Source: Clostridia bacterium (GTDB lineage Bacteria; Bacillota; Clostridia; Oscillospirales; Acutalibacteraceae). From it: a DNA stretch of 64,000 bases. Under the pieces are notes generated by a model. That model searched no databases, had not been told where the DNA came from, and worked only from the letters and a program-made list of their open reading frames with translations. Where the stretch lies: positions 7,573 to 71,572 of the forward strand of contig JAGBCU010000009.1 of NCBI GenBank assembly GCA_017937865.1. Reading direction: 5' to 3'. Below are positions 56,038-64,000 of the stretch, piece by piece. Made by a program: the position numbers and the translations under genes. Positions within the stretch are counted from its first letter, which is position 1. Each line of letters opens with the position of its first letter.

Positions 56038-56871
56038 ATGGTACATAAAAGAATAGAGTTAAAAAACCATTTTGCTTTTTTGGGTGAGGGTGGCAAAAAT
56101 CCTACTATTGATATGTATTTACCATATAATATGGCGGAAATGAACCGCCAAAATCAAAAAAGACCGTGTATGGTTGTTTGCCCCGGAGGTGGCTATGGTA
56201 TGTGCTCCGAAAGGGAGTCAGAGCCGATAGCACTTCACTTTTTGCCCGAGGGCTTTAACGTTTTTGTTTTAAATTATTCAGTTGCTCCGAACAGATTTCC
56301 TACCCAGATTATTGAGGTAGCTGCGGTAATAGAGCTTATTTACGAAAACTACGAAATATGGAATTGTGATACAAGCAAAATCGCTATAATGGGCTTTTCT
56401 GCAGGTGGTCATCTTGCAGCTCGTTATTCAACAATGTTTGACTGCAAAGAGGTAAGAGCAGTTTTCCCTGAAAGCAAGTCTGTAAATGCATCCGTACTTT
56501 GTTACCCCGTAATCAGTGCTTTAGAAACAACAGCTCATATGGGTAGCTTTCTCAACCTTTTGGGCCATAAGCCCGAAACAGAAGAGGAGATTAATTATTT
56601 CTCCTGTGATAAGAATGTAAGAGAAACAACGCCTCCCGCTTTTATCTGGCATACTGCCGAAGACGGTTGTGTGCCTGTAGCAAACAGTCTTTTATATGCA
56701 AAAGCATTAACAGAGAAAAATATTCCCGTTGAGCTTCATATATATCCCTTCGGCGGTCACGGTCTTTCAACCTGCGATAAGCATACAATTGACGATATGA
56801 CACCGGTTTTTTCATACAATAGCGTATGGCTTAAAAGCTTAAAGGAATGGCTTAAACTTATATTTAAATAA
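56038..56871 (+). CDS. Alpha/beta hydrolase (esterase/lipase, hormone-sensitive-lipase-like fold)
   Basis: Oxyanion region VVCPGGGY, nucleophile elbow GFSAGGH, and a late HIYPFGGHG motif. Confidence 0.7.
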   Translation: MVHKRIELKNHFAFLGEGGKNPTIDMYLPYNMAEMNRQNQKRPCMVVCPGGGYGMCSERESEPIALHFLPEGFNVFVLNYSVAPNRFPTQIIEVAAVIELIYENYEIWNCDTSKIAIMGFSAGGHLAARYSTMFDCKEVRAVFPESKSVNASVLCYPVISALETTAHMGSFLNLLGHKPETEEEINYFSCDKNVRETTPPAFIWHTAEDGCVPVANSLLYAKALTEKNIPVELHIYPFGGHGLSTCDKHTIDDMTPVFSYNSVWLKSLKEWLKLIFK

Positions 56872-56880
56872 GGTGATTAG

Positions 56881-58563
56881 ATGAATAAAAAGCTTATGCT
56901 TATCGTAGCCTTAGTTGTGGCTTTTGTGGTGGTTTTTACTTCCGCTTTCTCGTTAGCTATACCATCACCAAAAACTGAAGAACAGCTTGCAGAGCTTTAT
57001 GATATCTGTAAAGATTATCAGGTTAGTGATAAGCTATATGTTATAGATTCTGCTACATTTAAATCTACTGAAGAACGCCATCTTGCAGTTTCATTGCAAG
57101 GAATTGTTGCGAAGGTTGAACCGCAGATATTTATTATAACAAATGAAATCTCATACGATTATCTTGATATAATTTCAAAAAGTGGCGTAAAGCTGATTTT
57201 TGATGATTCCAAGGGTGAGCCTTGGACTGTAGAAACTCTTCTTGATAAATTTAAGCCGTATATTACTGATTACGGCTACGTGCTTTACCGCTCAAGTGAA
57301 AAGGCTGAAGGCTTAAATGCGGCAACAAATCTTGCGGCACTTTACGGTTGGTTACCCGTCCCTCTTGAACTACAGCCTTTAGCAGAAGAATGTAAGCTTG
57401 AGCTTAAAGAGGATTTTTCAGATGATGAGTACAATTTGAAATTCCAAAAAGAATTCTTCCAAAAATACAAATCTGAATTTGAGTATAATGCAGTTGTCAG
57501 CTTAAGATACGAATGGACAGGGCTTCGCGACCTTGCAATACAGCAGGGCTTTTATACCTTCTATATAGATGACGATGAAGACGGTGATTCTTTAAGGGGT
57601 AAAATACTCGATTATGCAGGTCCGGGTACAACTGTTTTAGGTTGGGCAAAACATGAGGTACCATACGTTTCTCAAGCTTCGAAAAACGGTAGTATGGTAA
57701 TACCTACCGACCATTGCCACAATAATAGCTTTCTTGCATCCTTTAAGTGCGATATTCCCGAACAAAAGCATAACAAAACGAAAAAATATATTGATACAAG
57801 TAAGCATTACGTAGCAATCGTTTTCAGTGACGGTGACAACGTTCAGTGGCTTCAAAACGGTTTTAATGAATATTTTGAGAAGCTCTCATCAGAAGAGCAG
57901 TTTCCTATGACGTGGACTGTTTCTCCGTCACTTCAGGAATTTTCTTCTGTGACGGCTAGTATGATTTACTCAGCCTCTACAGTAAACGATTATTTAATTG
58001 CGGGCGTATCGGGGGCAGGGTATATTCATCCTACCGAATATCCCTTAAATGCTCTTGATGATTTCACGGATATTACAGCTTCTTCAATGCTTAAAAGCGG
58101 ATTGAGTTACGTTTCTATTCTTGATTCTACCCCAAATAATTTAATTGAAGATAAGGCTTTAGAGCACCGTTTAGAATACTACGCCCGATACGATAATATA
58201 AAAGGCGGTGTCTTAAGCCTTGACCCGGATAAATATCAAGGGGGAGAGGGTAAGGTCTATTTTGCAAACGGTAAGCCATTTGTAAGTAACCGACTTTCCT
58301 TGTGGCATCCCGACGGTGAAGATGCTTTAGTTACTGAAGAATGGTTAAAAGAGCAGGCGGATATAGTTAATTCTTACCCTGCAGATATGGAAACTATAAA
58401 CGGCTACAGTGTTATAAACGTTCACCCTTGGAGTATAAGTGTCGAAAATCTTTCATACTTCGTGAGTCAGCTTGATGAGGATGTTCAGCTTGTAACTCTT
58501 GATGAGTTGCTTACTTTAGTTGAAAACAATATTCCTCACGAAACCGCAACACCTGATAAATAA
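56881..58563 (+). CDS. GxGYxYP-family putative glycoside hydrolase with an N-terminal membrane anchor
   Basis: N-terminal TM (LMLIVALVVAFVVVFTSAF). The family-defining motif is present as GVSGAGYIHPTEYP. 560 aa. Confidence 0.6.
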   Translation: MNKKLMLIVALVVAFVVVFTSAFSLAIPSPKTEEQLAELYDICKDYQVSDKLYVIDSATFKSTEERHLAVSLQGIVAKVEPQIFIITNEISYDYLDIISKSGVKLIFDDSKGEPWTVETLLDKFKPYITDYGYVLYRSSEKAEGLNAATNLAALYGWLPVPLELQPLAEECKLELKEDFSDDEYNLKFQKEFFQKYKSEFEYNAVVSLRYEWTGLRDLAIQQGFYTFYIDDDEDGDSLRGKILDYAGPGTTVLGWAKHEVPYVSQASKNGSMVIPTDHCHNNSFLASFKCDIPEQKHNKTKKYIDTSKHYVAIVFSDGDNVQWLQNGFNEYFEKLSSEEQFPMTWTVSPSLQEFSSVTASMIYSASTVNDYLIAGVSGAGYIHPTEYPLNALDDFTDITASSMLKSGLSYVSILDSTPNNLIEDKALEHRLEYYARYDNIKGGVLSLDPDKYQGGEGKVYFANGKPFVSNRLSLWHPDGEDALVTEEWLKEQADIVNSYPADMETINGYSVINVHPWSISVENLSYFVSQLDEDVQLVTLDELLTLVENNIPHETATPDK

Positions 58564-58565
58564 AT

Positions 58566-58612
58566 AAAAACGCAACTACTAAAATCATTTGTAGTTGCGT
58601 TTTGCTTTTTTA
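58566..58612. terminator. Terminator hairpin between convergent genes
   Basis: AAACGCAACTAC (58568-58579) pairs with GTAGTTGCGTTT (58591-58602), followed by TGCTTTTTT. Confidence 0.75.
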
Positions 58613-58633
58613 TATCTATTAAAAGAGTTAAAT

Positions 58634-59179
58634 TCATTCTGCGTGAAAAGCAGAGGGTACAAAGGGCTTTGCAACGGTACTTTTTGATTGAATATAAAAC
58701 AATTCAAAAGAATGAATAGTTGCTATTGAGCAAATTACCGCCATCCATACGTATCCGGGCATAAACTGCATCATTATCGGTAAAACAAAAACCGAGCCGC
58801 CGAAAATCTTACCTAAATATGTATGCGGTAAATAAAATTTATTAAACCTTTTCTTTGAAACTAAGGTGCATAAACCGAACAAAATACCGGCACTTATAAT
58901 CCAAACAAGAATCCACATAGGCACTTCCTTTTGTTTTATAAGTATTTTTGTCAGTGCAAGGTACGTCAGCACGTCGCCTATAGTATCAAGGGTTGCTCCA
59001 AGCTCGCTCGATGAATTGGTTTTACGGGCAATTGGCCCGTCTATTAAATCAGTGAAACCGCACAAAACGTAAATTACAAGAAAGCTCTTTGATATGCTCT
59101 TCATACAAAATAGCACGACAGCACCGACCACTCTACTTAAGCTTACTATATTTGCGATATGTTTTTTCATTTTTATCAC
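58634..59179 (-). CDS. CDP-alcohol phosphatidyltransferase-family membrane protein
   Basis: Signature D(x)2DG(x)2AR...G(x)3D(x)3D is present as DLIDGPIARK...GATLDTIGD. 181 aa, multi-TM. Confidence 0.75.
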   Translation of the reverse strand: MIKMKKHIANIVSLSRVVGAVVLFCMKSISKSFLVIYVLCGFTDLIDGPIARKTNSSSELGATLDTIGDVLTYLALTKILIKQKEVPMWILVWIISAGILFGLCTLVSKKRFNKFYLPHTYLGKIFGGSVFVLPIMMQFMPGYVWMAVICSIATIHSFELFYIQSKSTVAKPFVPSAFHAE

Positions 59180-59209
59180 CTTGGATTTTGAATAATATTC
59201 TGTTTGTGT

Positions 59210-60118
59210 TTATATTTTTAAAATATCTTTTATTGTGGGCATTGAGTTTTCAGCACCCATCCGGCTTACGGCAAATGCCCCTGCCTTATTACCAAAATCG
59301 CAAGCCTTTTCAATGTCACCGCTATTTATATATTCTAAAGCAAGGGCGGCGGTGAAGCAGTCGCCTGCGGCTGTTGTGTCAACAACGTTTGTTTTATATG
59401 AAGAAAATGTTTTTAAAACTTCACCGGTATAAAGAGCACAACCTCTTTCGCCAAGCTTTAAAACAATATATTTGGTTTTGCTTCTTTCTTTTAATACTTT
59501 AGCAGCCGCTAAAATATTATCGTCACTGTCAGGGTAAATACCCGTAAGAGCCTTTGTTTCGCTTTCATTTGGGGAAAGAATTGTTGCACCCTGCATTTTT
59601 TCTAAACAAAAGCTTTTAGCAGGACCGCAATCTATAACCGTAGTTATATTGTTTTTTATAGCGTGGTTTACGGCGTTTACAACAACGTCTTCTGCAGTTT
59701 CGAATTGAACAAGCAAAAGGTTCGTTTTACCTTCAATTGATTTTACCGTTTGCTGAGGGTCTATTTCTGCGTTTGCTCCCTCGTAAACGATAATTCTGTT
59801 TCTACCGTCGCCGTCTAATATAATGGCGGCAAGACCCGTCTGTGAGCCGTCAGTTGCAACGCCCGAGATATCAATACCTTTACTTTTTAAATTCTCTAAA
59901 AGCTTGTTGCCGTTGGCATCATCGGCTACCTTGCCAATCATTTTAACCTTTGCACCTAATTGTGCCAAAGCTGATGCTTGGTTAGCACCTTTTCCGCCGT
60001 TTGCATAGCCGTAGCTTGTGCCTAAAACATTTTCACCAATTTCAGGCACCTTTTTCATATTAAGAATTAAATCCATATTTATACTGCCTACAACGGCGGC
60101 GTGAATATTTTTATACAT
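59210..60118 (-). CDS. rbsK: Ribokinase (PfkB family)
   Basis: VVGSINMDL, NGGKGANQA and VDTTAAGDCFTAALA motifs. Confidence 0.8.
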   Translation of the reverse strand: MYKNIHAAVVGSINMDLILNMKKVPEIGENVLGTSYGYANGGKGANQASALAQLGAKVKMIGKVADDANGNKLLENLKSKGIDISGVATDGSQTGLAAIILDGDGRNRIIVYEGANAEIDPQQTVKSIEGKTNLLLVQFETAEDVVVNAVNHAIKNNITTVIDCGPAKSFCLEKMQGATILSPNESETKALTGIYPDSDDNILAAAKVLKERSKTKYIVLKLGERGCALYTGEVLKTFSSYKTNVVDTTAAGDCFTAALALEYINSGDIEKACDFGNKAGAFAVSRMGAENSMPTIKDILKI

Positions 60119-60121
60119 ATT

Positions 60122-60787
60122 TTACTCCAAATAAGCTATAAAATCTTTTGCGGCGTCGCTTAAAGCTTTATCCTTTAAAAATAAAGCGCTTGTACCTAAT
60201 ACAAAAATATTTGCACCGCAGTCTGACATCTTTTTTCCGTTTTCAAGGCTTATATTACCGTCAACCTCAATTTCTGTAGCTGTATAACCCCATTGGTTTA
60301 AAAGCTTACGGGCTTTTTCAACCTTTCTGCCTGCACCGAGAAACATTTTTTGTCCTGCAAAACCGGGACTTACAGTCATAACGAGAAGCATATCAATATA
60401 TTCAATTAAAGGCTCAATTATTTCAACGGGTGTTTGCGGGTTTACGGCAAGTCCCGCTTTACAGCCTTTTCTTTTTATAGCTTCAAGAGTGCGGTGAATA
60501 TGCTTTTCAGATTCATAATGTACGCAAACGATGTCTTTTTCAGTAAGATTCATTCTGTCAATAAAAAGAGAAGGCTCATTTACCATCATATGAATATCAA
60601 GAGGAATACCGGTAACCTTTTTTATTGAGTTTATTAAATCAAAGCCTAAAGTGATGTTAGGCACAAAAGCACCGTCCATAATATCGATATGAAGGTAATC
60701 TATGCCTGCTTTTTCAAGTTCTTTTATTGCATCCTCGAGATTTAATAAATCTGCACACATAAGAGATGCTGAAAGCTTTTTCTTCAT
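60122..60787 (-). CDS. Ribulose-phosphate 3-epimerase family (Rpe/AlsE-like)
   Basis: SLMCADLLNLEDAI, LHIDIMDG.FVPN, DIHMMV and MTV.PGFAGQ motifs. Confidence 0.8.
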   Translation of the reverse strand: MKKKLSASLMCADLLNLEDAIKELEKAGIDYLHIDIMDGAFVPNITLGFDLINSIKKVTGIPLDIHMMVNEPSLFIDRMNLTEKDIVCVHYESEKHIHRTLEAIKRKGCKAGLAVNPQTPVEIIEPLIEYIDMLLVMTVSPGFAGQKMFLGAGRKVEKARKLLNQWGYTATEIEVDGNISLENGKKMSDCGANIFVLGTSALFLKDKALSDAAKDFIAYLE

Positions 60788-60984
60788 TCTTTAACCTCTC
60801 AAAACTAAATAATTCAAAGAAAAAATACAACAAAATTCTATCACACATTAAAAAAACTGTCAATGAAATAGACAAGGAATAGGTTCCTTTTTTGTAAATG
60901 TTGTATTGTTGTTTTTAATTGACATACATATATAAAGAATGATAAAATTATTACAGTAAATTCAAAGAAAGGTGTTGAGTTGAA

Positions 60985-62478
60985 ATGTCTGACCAAGGTT
61001 CAGTTACCCAGACGGTAAGGCGCTACGTAGGTAAAAAAGAAACTATTGCTTACGTGTTAAATGACATTGCGGCAAGCCTTAATATTGACGATTATAAAGA
61101 GCGATATATCTACGACGTTGTAAATATTGACTTTAATCTTTTGGCAATCCAAAACGTTGTTGCAACCGCTTGGGACTCTGTTAACGATACCTTTATTGGT
61201 GTGCTTGTTGATAAAACAAGAACTCGTTGGGGTAAATTCAGACCCTACGTGCTTTTAGGCGAAGTACCGTTAACCGTGCTTGGTATGTGGTATTGGTTAA
61301 TACCGTTTCTTTTTCCCGATACTCCCGGTAATTATCTTCCTAAATGGATTTTCTATTTTGCTATGAGTATCATAACTGAAACCGCAGGTACCTTTACGAG
61401 CGTGGCTAAAACAGGATTTCTGTCGACTATAACCCCCGAACCGCTGGAGCGTTCACGGCTTATTGCCACGGCTAACGTGGCGTCTCACCTCGTTGAAGAT
61501 TTACCCAAACAAGCTTTCGGCATTATATATGACCTTGTTATTAACAAGAAAATTAATCTTCATTTACCTAAGCTTTTCGCAAGCTTCGGTATTGCTTGTG
61601 CCGGTGTATCCGCTTTCTTTGCGTTGTACTTTGTTTTGAATTCACGCGAAAGAGTTTCTCAGTCTATAAGGCAGCCCTCTGTAAAGCATTGCTTTAAGGC
61701 TATTTTAAATAACCGACCAATGCTTACATACCTTGCTTCTTCTTTCCTTTCAGGCTTTAGTATAGGAAAGAGCAGAACTAATTTCTATATAGACGTTATC
61801 GGCTCAATTACGTGGAAAACTATCGTAGGTATTCCTGCTTTCCCCGTGAAATTCATAAGCTATAGCTTTGTTGAGCCCTTAAGACGAAGGTTTTCAACGA
61901 AAGCTCTGTGGATTTTCGAAGATGCATGGACCGATATGCTATGGCTTACGGTTTTCGGCATAGGTTCAATTAACGGCAACTTCAAAAAGAAGGGTGTTAT
62001 ACTACCCGTAATGGCAATAGAAGAAATTTTGGAAATGTGTGTTTACGGCTTAAGACGAGTTATTCCTGCCGAAATTAAAAACGAGGCTTTGGACTACTGC
62101 GAATGGAAGCACGGCTATCGTTCTGAGGCGATGACAGGCGTTTCTATGGATTTAATCGGTAAGCTTCAAAATGCCGTAATGAGCGGTGTTAATAATATAG
62201 TTATGGGCAAAATCGGTTACATTCAGGGTAGAGAAATCGGTACCCAGACCGATAAAACTAAATGGTGGATTTTCGCTTTGGGAACAGGTATTCCGATTAT
62301 TTCATCAGCCCTTGGTATTGTTCCTAAATTCTTCTATCCTCTTTCTGCAGAAAACAGAACTAAAATGTACGAGGATTTGACTGAACGAAGAATTGCAATG
62401 GCAGAGTTTATGAAAACCGCTTCAAACGAAGAAATCGAGCAAAAAGGTAAAGAACAGCTACAAGGTAAGTTTGATTAA
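60985..62478 (+). CDS. Glycoside-pentoside-hexuronide (GPH):cation symporter-family transporter (MFS_2)
   Basis: 497 aa, about 12 TM. The N-terminal loop GVLVDKTRTRWGKFRPY matches the GPH signature (D..R...GR.RP). Confidence 0.7.
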   Translation: MSDQGSVTQTVRRYVGKKETIAYVLNDIAASLNIDDYKERYIYDVVNIDFNLLAIQNVVATAWDSVNDTFIGVLVDKTRTRWGKFRPYVLLGEVPLTVLGMWYWLIPFLFPDTPGNYLPKWIFYFAMSIITETAGTFTSVAKTGFLSTITPEPLERSRLIATANVASHLVEDLPKQAFGIIYDLVINKKINLHLPKLFASFGIACAGVSAFFALYFVLNSRERVSQSIRQPSVKHCFKAILNNRPMLTYLASSFLSGFSIGKSRTNFYIDVIGSITWKTIVGIPAFPVKFISYSFVEPLRRRFSTKALWIFEDAWTDMLWLTVFGIGSINGNFKKKGVILPVMAIEEILEMCVYGLRRVIPAEIKNEALDYCEWKHGYRSEAMTGVSMDLIGKLQNAVMSGVNNIVMGKIGYIQGREIGTQTDKTKWWIFALGTGIPIISSALGIVPKFFYPLSAENRTKMYEDLTERRIAMAEFMKTASNEEIEQKGKEQLQGKFD

Positions 62479-62494
62479 TTAATTATTTTTTTTG

Positions 62495-62523
62495 TTGACA
62501 AAAATTCTGTTTAGGAATAATAT
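62495..62523 (+). promoter_or_regulatory. Sigma-A-type promoter for the third LRR gene
   Basis: TTGACA at 62495-62500, a 17-nt spacer, then TAATAT at 62518-62523. Confidence 0.4.
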
Positions 62524-62593
62524 AAAATCAGTTTTTAACAGTAAGGCGATATATTTCGGTTAAGTAAATATCAATTACGAAAGAGGTCTTGTT

Positions 62594-64000
62594 ATGAGAA
62601 AAACGTTAAAAAGAAGTTTGTTTGTTCTTTTAATAGCTTCAATTATTCTTTGTTATGCTTGTGCAAGCGGTAATTATGGTGTTTTCAATAACTTTACCAT
62701 AAAAGCGATAGCGGCAAGTAAAGGTACGTGTGGGGAAAATCTCACGTGGGCGCTTGATGATAGTGGTACTTTAACTATAAGCGGCACCGGTGACATGAAC
62801 CAATATTCTAGTAGCACAAGAGCACCTTGGTATAGCCAAAGAACAAAAATAACTTCTGTTGTTATTGATGAAGGTGCAACGAGTGTAGGAGCTTATGCTT
62901 TTTATAATTGCACAAAAATTACTTTTGTCGTAATTCCGGAATCTATAACAAGTATCGGTGACTCTGCTTTTCAAGATTGTGAAAATATTACTAACATAAA
63001 TTGGAACGCAGAAAGTGTAAATGATTTTACTTCATCTTCAAATGCTTTTGAAGATGCCGGAACAGCAGGAACGGGAATTGAACTTGTTTTCGGTGATTCT
63101 GTAAAGAGTATTCCTGCTCATCTGAGTTCTGTCAAGCAACCTCAAAACTATCCTTATTCACTCTCCTATACTCCAAACATAATCTCAGTAACTATCGGTA
63201 ACAATGTAACAAGTATAGGTGGTTATGCATTTGAAAATTGCGAAAAACTTACCTCAATCACAATTCCTGAGGGTATAACAAATATTGGTAATTATGCTTT
63301 CAGTGGTTGTAGTGGAATTACTTCAATCATAATTCCAAACAATGTAACAAGTATCGGTAATAACGCTTTTTACAATTGTGAAACTCTTTCTGAAATATAT
63401 TGGAATGCTGTAAGTGTTGAAGATTTTGAACAGAGTTCATATGTTTTTTCCGGTGCCGGTGAATCTGTATCCGGAATTGAAGTTGTTATCGGAGATAGTG
63501 TGGAAAGAATTCCGTCAAATGCATTTGCCAATATAGCCATTTCTTCAATTACGATGGGAAATAGTGTTGCAAGCATAGGTGCGGGAGCTTTCGGTTATTG
63601 TGCAAGTATTGCAACTTTAAATATAAAGGACATAGCAGCGTGGTGCGATATTGAATTTGAAGATGAAACTTCAAATCCTATGTACTATGCAGAAAGTATA
63701 TGTTTAAACGGTACATTGGTAGAAGATATAGTCATACCTGATGGTGTGACAAGAATAGGTAACTATGCTTTTTATGGTTATGATAGCCTTGCATCAATAA
63801 CAATTCCAGATGGTGTAACAAGTATCGGTGATTATGCTTTATATAATTGTGAAAGCCTTACTTCAATTATACTTCCTGATAGTGTAACAGCTATAGGTGA
63901 TTACGCTTTCGCTTTTTGCTATGATATTACATCAATTACAATGTCTGATAGCGTAACAAGTATAGGTGAATATGCTTTTTCTCAACTACGAAAAATTACA
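62594..64000 (+). CDS. BspA-type leucine-rich-repeat surface protein, 5' part (continues beyond the window)
   Basis: ATG at 62594. Signal-like MRKTLKRSLFVLLIASIILCYACA, then GENLTWALDDSGTLTISGTGDM and repeated I..IG.YAF..C..L..I.IP units. The frame appears open to the window end (469 codons by my reading). It is absent from the ORF track because no stop lies in the window. Confidence 0.75.
   Translation, partial: MRKTLKRSLFVLLIASIILCYACASGNYGVFNNFTIKAIAASKGTCGENLTWALDDSGTLTISGTGDMNQYSSSTRAPWYSQRTKITSVVIDEGATSVGAYAFYNCTKITFVVIPESITSIGDSAFQDCENITNINWNAESVNDFTSSSNAFEDAGTAGTGIELVFGDSVKSIPAHLSSVKQPQNYPYSLSYTPNIISVTIGNNVTSIGGYAFENCEKLTSITIPEGITNIGNYAFSGCSGITSIIIPNNVTSIGNNAFYNCETLSEIYWNAVSVEDFEQSSYVFSGAGESVSGIEVVIGDSVERIPSNAFANIAISSITMGNSVASIGAGAFGYCASIATLNIKDIAAWCDIEFEDETSNPMYYAESICLNGTLVEDIVIPDGVTRIGNYAFYGYDSLASITIPDGVTSIGDYALYNCESLTSIILPDSVTAIGDYAFAFCYDITSITMSDSVTSIGEYAFSQLRKIT

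Overview
This window looks like a chromosomal segment from an AT-rich, spore-forming Firmicute, probably a Clostridia-type gut organism. The evidence is spoIIID, yunB, the Bacillus-like gene orders ffs-dnaX-ybaB-recR and smpB...ssrA, and spoIIID lying near an mreB/mbl paralog. I call about 56 protein-coding genes (two are truncated by the window edges) and two structured RNA genes, tmRNA and SRP RNA, both on the minus strand. I saw no rRNA, tRNA, CRISPR array, transposase or integrase.

The content is mostly housekeeping:
- Replication and repair: polA, dnaX, recR.
- RNA and translation-related functions: rimI, tsaD, smpB, rsmI.
- Core metabolism and envelope: lgt, folD, purC, apgM.
- Sugar and aromatic catabolism: hexuronate genes uxuA-eda-kdgK, iorAB, and an rpe-rbsK operon.

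Interspersed accessory items:
- Three BspA-type leucine-rich-repeat (LRR) surface proteins. One is 1575 aa, has an internally duplicated architecture, and ends in near-identical 66-bp tandem coding repeats.
- A GT10 fucosyltransferase.
- A WYL-domain regulator.
- An orphan DUF4143 ATPase.
- A DUF1643 gene paired with a potassium-channel-like fusion protein.

The most unusual signals are non-coding:
1. A perfect 32-nt inverted repeat (about 52 nt with flanks, including a compensatory hairpin). One copy lies just after ffs and the other just before ssrA, so the pair brackets the 4.3-kb dnaX-ybaB-recR-smpB-HTH block.
2. A mirror-symmetric array of seven short stem-loops next to the ssrA terminator, joined by TGAAATC linkers in the first half and GATTTCA linkers in the second.

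All functional calls come from reading the translated ORFs for family motifs. No database search was possible.
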